Source: Blastococcus sp.
Lineage (GTDB): Bacteria; Actinomycetota; Actinomycetes; Mycobacteriales; Geodermatophilaceae
Reading direction: 5' to 3'
DNA: 64,000 nt
Assembly: GCA_042090795.1 (NCBI GenBank)
Contig: JBELIQ010000013.1
Span: 7,780 to 71,779 of the forward strand
Shown here: positions 38,457 to 47,423 of the stretch, in pieces
Position numbering within the stretch: the first letter of the stretch is position 1
Layout: each line of letters starts with the position of its first letter
Notes under the pieces: model-generated
The model's input: only the letters and a program-made list of their open reading frames with translations
Databases searched by the model: none
Told to the model about the DNA's origin: nothing
Translations under genes and position numbers: made by a program

Positions 38457-39435
38457 CGAAGACTCCCAACGCCATGGTGCCCACCCAGAGCACACCGAGG
38501 CAGAGCAGCACGCGGTCGTGCAGGACGATCTCCTCGGGTGCGCCGGCGGAGCCCTTGTCCACGTCCACCGCGTACCTGAGGATCGCCATGACGAACGGGG
38601 CGATGGAGATGGTCGACCACGGGATGCCCTCCTGCGTCTCCCCCATCTCGAAGGCCCACAGGCTGTAGGCGGTGACCGCCACGCCGGCCGAGAGGCTCCA
38701 CACGAACCGCAGGTAGCTCGCCGAGTACTCCTTCAGCGTCTTGCGCGTCGCGGCGGCGTCGCCGACCAGGACCAGCTCGGAGTAGCGCTTGCCGGCGACC
38801 ATGAACAGCGAGCCGAAGGCGGCGACGAGCAGGAACCACTGCGACAGCACCAGCCCGGCCGCCACGCCCCCGGCGATGCCGCGGAGCAGGAAGCCCGAGG
38901 CGACGACGGCGAGGTCGATGACCGGCTGGTTCTTGAGGAACACGCAGTAGGCCAGCTGGATGACCACGTAGCTGGTCAGCACCCACGCCAGCTCGGGACG
39001 GGTGAGCAGCACGGCGGCCACCAGCGCGACGGTGAACAGCACGGCGGCCATGACCAGGGCGAGCCAGCGCGGCACGATGCCGGCGGCGATCGGCCGGAAC
39101 CGCTTGCGCGGGTGCCGACGGTCCTCCTCGACGTCGATCGTGTCGTTGACCAGGTAGACGGCGGACGCGGCGAGGCAGAAGAGCACGAACGCGGCGGCGG
39201 TCGGCCCCATGACGTCGGGGTTGAAGATCTCCCCCGCGGCCAGCGGGGCGGCCAGGACCAGCACGTTCTTGACCCACTGGCGGGGTCGCAGCGCCCGCAC
39301 CAGGCCCCAGGCGAAGCTCCCCCGGAAGCCGGGGAGGCGGGGGGCCGGCTCCGGAGCGGACGAGGTCTCGTCGGGAACCGGCGCCGTCGTGGCCTCCGGC
39401 GCCAGTGCGGGGCTCGACTGGGGATGCACGGTCAC
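38449..39435 (-). CDS. ubiA: Decaprenyl-phosphate phosphoribosyltransferase (DPPR synthase)
   Basis: RPRQWVKNVLV, YLVND..D...DR.HPRKR.RPIAAG, GKRY.E, GAPEE. Confidence 0.94.
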   Translation of the reverse strand: MTVHPQSSPALAPEATTAPVPDETSSAPEPAPRLPGFRGSFAWGLVRALRPRQWVKNVLVLAAPLAAGEIFNPDVMGPTAAAFVLFCLAASAVYLVNDTIDVEEDRRHPRKRFRPIAAGIVPRWLALVMAAVLFTVALVAAVLLTRPELAWVLTSYVVIQLAYCVFLKNQPVIDLAVVASGFLLRGIAGGVAAGLVLSQWFLLVAAFGSLFMVAGKRYSELVLVGDAAATRKTLKEYSASYLRFVWSLSAGVAVTAYSLWAFEMGETQEGIPWSTISIAPFVMAILRYAVDVDKGSAGAPEEIVLHDRVLLCLGVLWVGTMALGVFDV

Positions 39436-39965
39436 GCCTTCCTGCCTGGGTGTCTGGTCATGCGGCGCCGCACGGCCGTGGCCACGCCCGCGCCGAGCAC
39501 GGCGCCGGACACCACGTCCGAGGGGTAGTGGACGCCCAGGAGCACCCGGGAGACCAGCATGACGCCGGTCAGCGCCACCATGGGGGGACGCCCGACCATG
39601 GGTCCGAAACCGACGGCGGCCGCCGCCGTCGAGCAGCTGTGCGCGCTGGGGAAGGACAGCCGGCTCGGCGTCCCCACCAGCGCCGGGACGTCCTCCAGCG
39701 CGGGCCGCACCCGGCGGACCACGCGCTTGACCGCCACACCCGCGGCGTGCGCGGCGACGACGCCGGTGATGCCGGCCGCCCACTCCTCGCGCCGGCGGCC
39801 GGCGGCCCACCCGGCCGCGCCGAGGGCCAGCCAGCCGAGCGCGTGCTCGCCGAAGTGCGACAGACCACGGGCGACGGGGACGGCCGGGGTGCTCCCGAGC
39901 GCGCGGCGCGTGGAGCGGAGCACCGCGTGGTCGATCCGGATCAGGGCAGCGCTCGGTGCGGTCAT
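39432..39965 (-). CDS. PAP2 phosphatase (Rv3807c-like DPPR phosphatase)
   Basis: K..VRRVRP, SFPSAH, SRVLLGVHYPSDV; overlaps the ubiA start. Confidence 0.9.
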   Translation of the reverse strand: MTAPSAALIRIDHAVLRSTRRALGSTPAVPVARGLSHFGEHALGWLALGAAGWAAGRRREEWAAGITGVVAAHAAGVAVKRVVRRVRPALEDVPALVGTPSRLSFPSAHSCSTAAAAVGFGPMVGRPPMVALTGVMLVSRVLLGVHYPSDVVSGAVLGAGVATAVRRRMTRHPGRKA

Positions 39966-40056
39966 CGAGTGACGACTGTAGACGGGCAGCCGCGCCGTTG
40001 CCGGGACCACGCGGGGCGGACCGATCCGTCGCAACACTGCCTGCCACTCTTGACCC

Positions 40057-40893
40057 GTGTCCACCACCCGACCCGCGCCGTCCGGCGCCGGGCTGCCGGA
40101 GCTGCCGGGCGAGCTGCTCGCCGCGGTCGTCCGCAGGAACGCCGCCGCCCCCCTGCTCACCGCCTACGACGACGCGACCGGCGACCGCGTGGAGCTGTCC
40201 GCGGCCACGCTGGCCAACTGGGTGGCCAAGACCGCGAACCTGCTGCAGGACGAGTTCGACGTCGGGCCGGGCAGCACGGTGGCCCTGGCGCTGCCCGTCC
40301 ACTGGCAGACCGCAGCGGTGCTGCTGGCCACGTGGAGCTGCGGTGCCGCGGTGCTGGACACCGCCGCCGAGGACGACGACCGGCTCGCCGACGCCGCCGT
40401 CGTCCTCGCCGACCGGGACCGGCTGCCGGCCCTGGAGGACGTGCTCGGGGCCGACGGGGCGGAACTGCTCGGGCTCTCGCTGCACCCGCTCGGGATGGGC
40501 ATGACCGACTACGTGGGACCGGCCCGGGACTTCGCCCTGGAGGTGCGGGCGCACGGCGACTTCTTCGCGCCGTGGCAGCCGCCGGACCCGGCCGCACCGG
40601 GTCTGGTGACCGGCGGGCTGACGCTGGCCCTCGGCGGCCTGGTCGCCGCGGCCGGCGAGCTCGCCACCCGGCTCGGCATCCGGTCCGACGACCGGGTGCT
40701 GGTCGATGCCGACACCGCGGCGGAGGCCGGGCCCGTGGCGTGGCTGCTCGCGCCGCTCGTCGCGGGCGCGTCCACGGTGCTGGTCCGCCATCCCGCCGTC
40801 GACGGCCTCGCACACCGAGCGGCCACCGAGCGCGTGACCGCCACCCTGGGCCCGAGGATCGAGGGGGTCCGCGCGCTCGGCGCACCGGCCTGA
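40057..40893 (+). CDS. TIGR03089 family protein (Rv3268-like)
   Basis: PLLTAYDDATGDRVELSAATLANWVAKTANLL, LPVHWQ. Confidence 0.9.
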   Translation: MSTTRPAPSGAGLPELPGELLAAVVRRNAAAPLLTAYDDATGDRVELSAATLANWVAKTANLLQDEFDVGPGSTVALALPVHWQTAAVLLATWSCGAAVLDTAAEDDDRLADAAVVLADRDRLPALEDVLGADGAELLGLSLHPLGMGMTDYVGPARDFALEVRAHGDFFAPWQPPDPAAPGLVTGGLTLALGGLVAAAGELATRLGIRSDDRVLVDADTAAEAGPVAWLLAPLVAGASTVLVRHPAVDGLAHRAATERVTATLGPRIEGVRALGAPA

Positions 40894-41079
40894 GGCGCTT
40901 CGCGGCCGGCGCGTTCCGCGACGCGCCGTGATCGGGCGGTTACTGGACGCGGACGGTCGGTTCTTGGTGTGCTGCACGCGCTCCACCTGTTCCGACCCGC
41001 TGCTCAGCCGCCTTCGGATGCGACGGCTCAGCCGTCCGTCCACTTCCGGCGCTGGGCTCCACACCACTGAGGTGTTGCT

Positions 41080-41670
41080 GTGCCTTCCCGCTCCCGCCCG
41101 TCCGGCCGCCGCCGCACCCTGCTGTTCCTCCTGCTCGCGGTGGCGCTCGTCGCCGCGGCCGGCTTCTGGCTGACGACCCGTGCGGACGACGACCGCGACA
41201 CGACCGCGGCGAACAGCACGCCCACGGCGGCACCGACGACCTCGCCGCCGGTCACGGACAGCGAGGAGCTGGCCAGCCTCGGGCCCGACCGCACCGACGG
41301 TGTTCCCGTCCCGACCGAGCCGACCGCCGAGGTCGCCACCGACACCCCCGCGCCGACGGAGGAGGCCGGTGACGAGGTGACCCCGCAGCTGACCTACTAC
41401 GGCTGGAACCCCGACCTCGAGGCGGTCGAGGCCGCCGGCATCGTCCTGGGCCTCGTCGAGTCCGGCGGCACCTGCACGCTGACGCTGAGCCAGGGCCAGG
41501 CCGCGGTGGCGGTCTCCGCGACGGCCGTCGACAACGTGACCTCCACGTCGTGCCCGGCGATGACCGTCCCCGGGGCCCGGTTGACGCCGGGCACCTGGCA
41601 GGCCGTCCTCTCCTACGAGTCCGGGACGTCGCAGGGCGTCGCGGAAGCCGCGGAGGTCGAGATCCCGTGA
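41080..41670 (+). CDS. Hypothetical membrane-anchored protein
   Basis: N-terminal TM segment, T/P-rich linker, C-terminal domain with two Cys; overlaps the next gene. Confidence 0.7.
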   Translation: MPSRSRPSGRRRTLLFLLLAVALVAAAGFWLTTRADDDRDTTAANSTPTAAPTTSPPVTDSEELASLGPDRTDGVPVPTEPTAEVATDTPAPTEEAGDEVTPQLTYYGWNPDLEAVEAAGIVLGLVESGGTCTLTLSQGQAAVAVSATAVDNVTSTSCPAMTVPGARLTPGTWQAVLSYESGTSQGVAEAAEVEIP

Positions 41671-43775
41671 CGCGCCCCCTGCTGCGCGCCCTCGCCGTCC
41701 TCACCGTCGTCGCCGCCTCGCTGCTGAGCCCGGTCGCCACGAGCACCCCTGCCCAGCAGGCCGACGCCGCCGACGCCCGGCAGTTCGACCCGGGCAACAT
41801 CATCTCCGACGCCGTCTTCTTCGACGGGCGCGCGATGAACGCCACCCAGATCCAGGACTTCCTCATCAGCAAGAGCCCGAGCTCCTGCCCGGACCCCGCG
41901 CAGGACACCAGCCCGTGCCTCGAGGACTTCCGGATGAACACGGCCTCCCAGCCCGCGGACAGCCTCTGCGCCGGCTACGAGGGCGCGACGCGGGAGAGCG
42001 CCGCGCAGATCATCGCCAAGGTCTCGGTCTCCTGCCGGGTCAGCCCGCGGGTCATCCTGGTGCTGCTGCAGAAGGAGATGGGTTTCATCACCAGCAGCAA
42101 CCCGACGGCCAAGATGTACGACCGGGCAGCCGGCTACTACTGCCCCGACATCGGTACCGGCTGGTGCCACCCCGACTACGCCGGGCTGCAGAAGCAGCTG
42201 TACAACTCGGCCCGGCAGTACCAGCGGTACGCCGCCATGCCGACGAAGTACAGCTACCGGGCGGGGTACACCAACACCATCCAGTGGAGCGTCCCGATCT
42301 CCTGCGGGACGTCCCGGGTGTACATCGACAACCAGGCGACGGCGGGCCTGTACAACTACACCCCCTACCGCCCGAACCAGGCAGCACTGAACGCCGGCTA
42401 CGGCACGGGCGACACGTGCTCGGCCTACGGCAACCGCAACTTCTGGCTGTACTTCACCGACTGGTTCGGCTCCACCCAGTCCTCCGGGGGCGGCGCCATC
42501 GCCGCCCGGGCCGCCCAGCCCGACGCCGCCGCGATCGGCCGGGCCACCTCCGGGATCATCTGCGGGCTGGCCGACCGCGGCTGCTTCCGCGCCCACGAGG
42601 CCGGTGCCATCTACTGGTCGCCGACCACGGGCGCCCGCCTGATGTGGGGCGGCATCCACGCCCGCTGGGCCGCACTGGGCTGGGAGAAGAGCCGGTTGGG
42701 CTACCCGACCACCGAGCAGATGTGCGGCCTGCCCGGGGGCGGGTGCTTCCAGGAGTACCAGGACGGGGCCATCTACTGGTCACCGGTCGGGGGGCCCCAG
42801 CCGCTGTACGGGGCGATCCGGACGAAGTGGAACAGCACCGGGTGGGAGGCCGGGCCTCTCGGGTACCCGATCTCCGGCGAGTGGTGCGGACTGGCCGGCC
42901 GCGGCTGCGTGCAGAAGTTCGAGCGCGGCAACGTCTACTGGTCCTCCGCCAGCGGCGCGCGCATGATGCTGCCGGGGGCCGTGTTCGACATCTGGCGGGC
43001 ACGCGGCGCCGACAGGGGCACCCTCGGGTACCCCGACGGCGACGAGGCGTGCGGCCACCCGGACGGCGGATGCCTGCAGTCGTTCCAGCAGGGCGCCGTC
43101 TACACCTCGGCGTCGCAGCCCCCCCGGATCGTCGTCGGCGCCGTGGCGACGAAGTACGCCGCGGCGAAGGCCCACGGCGGCGCGCTGGGCTACCCCACGA
43201 ACAGCACGGCGTGCGGCCTCCGGGACAGCGGGTGCTTCCAGGAGTTCGAACGCGGCGTCATCTACAGCTCCGCTGCTGGGGGCGCGCGCATGGTCCTCGA
43301 CGGAGCGATCCGCCGGACCTGGGCGGCCTACCGCCTCGAGGCCGGCCAGCTCGGCTACCCGGCCGGCGATCAGCGGTGCCAGCACTGGGGCTGCTCCCAG
43401 CAGTTCACCGGCGGCGCCGTCTACCTCACCAAGGACGGCACGAAGGTCGTCTGGGGGGCGATCTATGCGGCGTGGACCCGCGAGCGCCAGGAGCGCGGCC
43501 CGCTGGGCCTCCCGGTCCGCGGTGAGGTCTGCGGCCTGGTCAAGCGCGGCTGCTTCCAGGAGTTCCAGCGGGGCAGCATGTACTGGTCGCCCACCACGGG
43601 TGCCCACCGGGTCAGCGGGAAGATCTTCGCCGCCTGGGGCAACCAGGGCTACGAGCGGGGCACGCTGGGCTACCCGACGTCGGCCCCGTCGGTCTCCGCC
43701 AAGGGGATCACCCAGCGGTTCCAGGGCGGGACGCTCGTGCAGGCCAGCGGCACCGGCACGGTCACCCGGAAGTAG
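41667..43775 (+). CDS. Secreted LGFP-repeat cell-surface protein with an N-terminal putative hydrolase-like domain
   Basis: Signal peptide; FDPGNIISD...LLQKE...LYNYTP domain; seven LG[YL]P repeats. Confidence 0.85.
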   Translation: MTRPLLRALAVLTVVAASLLSPVATSTPAQQADAADARQFDPGNIISDAVFFDGRAMNATQIQDFLISKSPSSCPDPAQDTSPCLEDFRMNTASQPADSLCAGYEGATRESAAQIIAKVSVSCRVSPRVILVLLQKEMGFITSSNPTAKMYDRAAGYYCPDIGTGWCHPDYAGLQKQLYNSARQYQRYAAMPTKYSYRAGYTNTIQWSVPISCGTSRVYIDNQATAGLYNYTPYRPNQAALNAGYGTGDTCSAYGNRNFWLYFTDWFGSTQSSGGGAIAARAAQPDAAAIGRATSGIICGLADRGCFRAHEAGAIYWSPTTGARLMWGGIHARWAALGWEKSRLGYPTTEQMCGLPGGGCFQEYQDGAIYWSPVGGPQPLYGAIRTKWNSTGWEAGPLGYPISGEWCGLAGRGCVQKFERGNVYWSSASGARMMLPGAVFDIWRARGADRGTLGYPDGDEACGHPDGGCLQSFQQGAVYTSASQPPRIVVGAVATKYAAAKAHGGALGYPTNSTACGLRDSGCFQEFERGVIYSSAAGGARMVLDGAIRRTWAAYRLEAGQLGYPAGDQRCQHWGCSQQFTGGAVYLTKDGTKVVWGAIYAAWTRERQERGPLGLPVRGEVCGLVKRGCFQEFQRGSMYWSPTTGAHRVSGKIFAAWGNQGYERGTLGYPTSAPSVSAKGITQRFQGGTLVQASGTGTVTRK

Positions 43776-43789
43776 CGCGATCGGAGTTC

Positions 43790-43828
43790 GCGGGCGGCCG
43801 GAGGGGACGAACCCCTCCGGCCGCTCGC
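43790..43828 (+). terminator. Hairpin downstream of the LGFP gene
   Basis: GCGGGCGGCCGGAGGGG-ACGAA-CCCCTCCGGCCGCTCGC, 17-bp stem with one G-U pair. Confidence 0.8.
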
Positions 43829-43886
43829 AGGTCCGGAAAGTAGGCTCCCGCCCGATGACGACCGCTCCGCAGGGTCCGGCCCGCCG

Positions 43887-46800
43887 GTGACCGGTCAGCC
43901 GCCACCGCCCCCGGACGACGTCACCGCCGACGTCACCGCCGACGTCACCGCCGGCGCGACCGAGGCCCCGACGGGTACCGACTCCTCCTCCGCCGGCCGG
44001 CCGTGGGTACGGCGGCGGGCAGCCTGGGTGCTCGCACTGCTCGCCCTGGCACTGGCCTTCTCCCTGCCGCTGGCACCCGTGTCGGTCGACACCCCCGAGG
44101 TCCAGTGGCCGCTGGACCCGGCCGACCCGCAGCCCACGACGGCGCTGTTCATGCCCTACCGCCCGATCGACGTCACGGCCACGGCCCCGTGTGCCACCGT
44201 CCGCGCACTCGCCGGCGGCCTGCAGGAGGGGGACGCCCCCGCCGTCCTCGTCGCGACCGCGCTGCCCAGTTCCACCCGGGGCAACGAGCGGTCCCTGTCG
44301 ATCGGCGTCGACCGCGACATGGTCCGCATCGTCTCCTCGGGCGCCCTGCTGTGGCAGGGGCCCGTGCCCGAGGAGGACGACTGCGAGCTCGTCGTCCGGG
44401 CCGATCAGGAGGGCACGCAGGCCTCGCTGGAATCCCCTGGGCAGGAGCCGCAGGTCCTGGCGGACGACCCCGGCGCCCGGGTCCCCGAGGTGACGGCGTT
44501 CACCACCGACGTCACCGCCGGTGCCGGGCCCTCCCCCACCGTCGTCGCGCACCCCGATGCCCGTTTCCAGACCTCGCCGACGGCCGGCAAGCTCGTCCTC
44601 GTCGCGCTGCACGTGCTCGCGGTGCTGGCCTGCCTCTGGCTGCTGTGGCGGGCCGGGCCCCCGGCCCTGCGCCGCCGCGACCGGGCGACGACGGCCGGCA
44701 CGACGGCCGGCACGACGGCCGGAGCGACGGCCGGAGCCACGGCCGTCGCCGAGCCGGTGCGGGCCGACCTCGGCTATGCCCGGGCGCCGTGGGGACGGGC
44801 GATGACCGTCGTCGCCGACGTCGGGGTGGTCCTGACCCTGGTCGCGTGGACCGTCATCGGTTTCCTCAACACCGACGACTACTACTACAGCCTCGAGGCG
44901 CGCACCCTGGACGACGCGGGCCTGGTCGGGAACCAGTTCCGGTTCTTCAACGTGCCCGAGGTGCCCTTCGTCCTGCTCCAGACGCTGCTCGCGCCGCTGA
45001 CCGAGCTGTCCACCCAGCCCGTCGTGCTGCGGTTGCCCTCGCTGGCCGCGGGCCTGCTGGTGTGGTGGCTGCTCACCCGGCAGCTCATCCCGCTGCTCGT
45101 GGAGCGCCCCCACCCCTCGCTGCGGCTCGTGGCCGGAGTGGCGCTGCTCGCCTGGTGGCTGCCCTGGAACATCGGCGTCCGGCCGGAGTTCCTCGTCACG
45201 CTGGCGTGGACGGTCACCGTCACCCTCGCCCTGCAGGCCATCCGCCTGCAACGGGCGTGGCTGATCGGCCTGGCCGCCGCGGTCGCCGGTACGGCGGTCA
45301 CGATCACCGCCTCCGGGCTGGCCTGCGTGGCGACGCTGCTCGTCCTGCTGCCGCGGATGTGGCCCACCCTGCGCCGGTCGACGCTGGGCGCGTGGGCGTC
45401 GGTCGCACTCGTGACGGCCTGCGCCAGCCTGCCCGCCACCGTGGTGTTCTCCGACGCGACCCTGGCCACCGCCCGCACGGCCCTGCGCGTGCACCAGGAG
45501 GTCGGTCCGGCCGAGTCCTGGGACATGGAGATCATGCGGTACTGGTACCTGACCCTGGGTCCGGACGAGAACATGCGGACCTTCGCCAAGCAGCTGATCG
45601 TGATCCTCACGATCGTGGTGGTCATCGCCGTCTCGATCAGCCTGCTGCGCATGACCCGCACCCGCGGTGGGCGCACCAGCTGGCTGGTGCCGGCCCTCGG
45701 CTTCCTCATCACCGTCGTCGCGCTGGTGCCCTCCCCCACGAAGTGGACCCACCACTTCGGTGCCCTGGCCGCGCCCGGCGCGCTCGCCCTGACCGTCGCC
45801 GTGGCGCTGCTCGTGCGCCGGCGCCCGGACACCTGGGCCTCCGCAGGGATCCTCGGCGCGGTGGCCTTCACCGCCGCGCTGGCCTTCCACGCCGGGAACC
45901 AGCAGGTGGAGTCCTCCGCCTACGGCGTCACCCCCGTGCTCCCCGACAGCCTGGGCAACCCCTTCCTGTGGCTGGCCGCCGGCCTGCTCGTGGCGGCGGT
46001 GGCCTGGTGGGTGCGCCGCCGGGCCGGATCGACCCACCAGCCGTGGCCGGAGGCGGCCGTCGGCACGCTGGTCGCGGCGCTGGTGATGTCCGTGCTCATC
46101 CAGACGGCGAGCGCGGGGCTGGCCACCTGGCGGTACCGCGACTCCTTCTCGCTGGCCGCGAGCGCGGCCGACGCACTCACCGGGGAGGACGACTGCGGCT
46201 TCGCCGACCACGCCGTCGCCCTGACCGATCCCGCGGTCCTGCGTGCGGTGCCCGGTGCCGACGCGGAGCGCGCGGGAGCTCCGGAGGACGCCTTCCCGGG
46301 GGTGGGCAGCTCCGTGGGCGCCCTGGCCCCCGATGACGTGCGCCGGTATTCGACCTGGGCGGCGGAGCCTCCGGTCGGGCCCACGACGATCACGACGCCG
46401 TGGCTGGAGATCGGCGACCTCACCGAGCGCGACGTCCTCGCCGTCTCGGTGACCGGGGACCTCGACTCCGGCACCGAGGTGACCGTGCAGTACGGGACGG
46501 GCGGGCCGGGAGAGGAGCCCACCGTGCTCCAGGAGGTGCCGGTCGAGTTCCCCGAAGGGGACGAGCCCGACGGCTCCTGGGAGCAGGAGCGGCTCGGCTC
46601 CACCACCCATCTCCCCGCCGGGGCCACGCTCGTCCGCGTCGAGGCGATCGACCGCAACTTCACCGGGAGCGGCTGGCTCGGCGTCACCGACCCCTACCGG
46701 GTCGACGGGCGGCTCCTCCGCGAGCTGTTCGAGGGTGAGGACGTCGTCCTCGACTGGCCGGTCGGGTTCACCCTGCCCTGCATCGACCCGCCGCGCATCG

Positions 46801-47114
46801 CCGACGGCCTGGTCCCGCCGGTGGACTGGATCATGCTGAGCGAGAAGTACGCCGACGCGCCGGAACTGCTCGTCATCGACGAACGCGGCGGCAGCTACTC
46901 GACCCTGACCGAGGTGGCCGACGCGACCACCTACCCCGGCTTCTCCCCCGGCGTCGGGCCGGAGTACACCGAGTGGGGCCGGGTCATCCGCTACGACCGG
47001 GAGCTGCCGGCCGACGCCTACCGGATGGTCGAGGACGAGCGGGTCATCCCCGGCTGGGGCTGGTGGCCCGGCGCCGGCGAGGGCCCGGTGCCCGACGGTG
47101 ACAAGCCCGACTGA
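43887..47114 (+). CDS. emb: Second, divergent Emb-family arabinosyltransferase
   Basis: TDDYYY, NIGVRPE, SPTKWTHHFGA, LDWPVGFTLPC. Confidence 0.82.
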   Translation: MTGQPPPPPDDVTADVTADVTAGATEAPTGTDSSSAGRPWVRRRAAWVLALLALALAFSLPLAPVSVDTPEVQWPLDPADPQPTTALFMPYRPIDVTATAPCATVRALAGGLQEGDAPAVLVATALPSSTRGNERSLSIGVDRDMVRIVSSGALLWQGPVPEEDDCELVVRADQEGTQASLESPGQEPQVLADDPGARVPEVTAFTTDVTAGAGPSPTVVAHPDARFQTSPTAGKLVLVALHVLAVLACLWLLWRAGPPALRRRDRATTAGTTAGTTAGATAGATAVAEPVRADLGYARAPWGRAMTVVADVGVVLTLVAWTVIGFLNTDDYYYSLEARTLDDAGLVGNQFRFFNVPEVPFVLLQTLLAPLTELSTQPVVLRLPSLAAGLLVWWLLTRQLIPLLVERPHPSLRLVAGVALLAWWLPWNIGVRPEFLVTLAWTVTVTLALQAIRLQRAWLIGLAAAVAGTAVTITASGLACVATLLVLLPRMWPTLRRSTLGAWASVALVTACASLPATVVFSDATLATARTALRVHQEVGPAESWDMEIMRYWYLTLGPDENMRTFAKQLIVILTIVVVIAVSISLLRMTRTRGGRTSWLVPALGFLITVVALVPSPTKWTHHFGALAAPGALALTVAVALLVRRRPDTWASAGILGAVAFTAALAFHAGNQQVESSAYGVTPVLPDSLGNPFLWLAAGLLVAAVAWWVRRRAGSTHQPWPEAAVGTLVAALVMSVLIQTASAGLATWRYRDSFSLAASAADALTGEDDCGFADHAVALTDPAVLRAVPGADAERAGAPEDAFPGVGSSVGALAPDDVRRYSTWAAEPPVGPTTITTPWLEIGDLTERDVLAVSVTGDLDSGTEVTVQYGTGGPGEEPTVLQEVPVEFPEGDEPDGSWEQERLGSTTHLPAGATLVRVEAIDRNFTGSGWLGVTDPYRVDGRLLRELFEGEDVVLDWPVGFTLPCIDPPRIADGLVPPVDWIMLSEKYADAPELLVIDERGGSYSTLTEVADATTYPGFSPGVGPEYTEWGRVIRYDRELPADAYRMVEDERVIPGWGWWPGAGEGPVPDGDKPD
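43917..43952 (+). repeat. 3 x 12-bp perfect tandem repeat (DVTA)
   Basis: GACGTCACCGCC x3. Confidence 0.95.
44688..44747 (+). repeat. 5 x 12-bp degenerate tandem repeat (TTAG/ATAG)
   Basis: ACGACGGCCGGC-like units. Confidence 0.9.
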
Positions 47115-47222
47115 CCGGTCCCGTGTCCGTCGGTGGCCGGTCGCCGGAGGCGGTGTGGCGAGCAGGTGCCGGCCGGCGCCGGCCACGGTTCCGCACCGGA
47201 CGTGACGAACCACTCATCGTCC

Positions 47223-47242
47223 CGACCCTGACGTGAGGGTCG
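47223..47242. promoter_or_regulatory. Candidate MerR operator palindrome upstream of sulP-merR
   Basis: CGACCCT-GACGTG-AGGGTCG, 18 of 20 positions self-complementary. Confidence 0.6.
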
Positions 47243-47423
47243 ACTTCCGGCAGGCTGTGCTCGACGCCCGGCGCACCGATCCGGCCGGGACGGCGAGCGC
47301 GACCTCCCGTGTCGCGACCCCGGCTCGGAGCGCTCCCGGGTGCGGACCGCACCCCTCCCTCCCAGGCATCGCTCCCGGCGCCTGCCGCCCGCGCCCCGAC
47401 GGCGCACCGAACGAGACGGACCC

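Noticed and set aside
42780-47213. 1477-aa minus-strand ORF
   Set aside because: Antisense shadow of the LGFP and emb2 genes.
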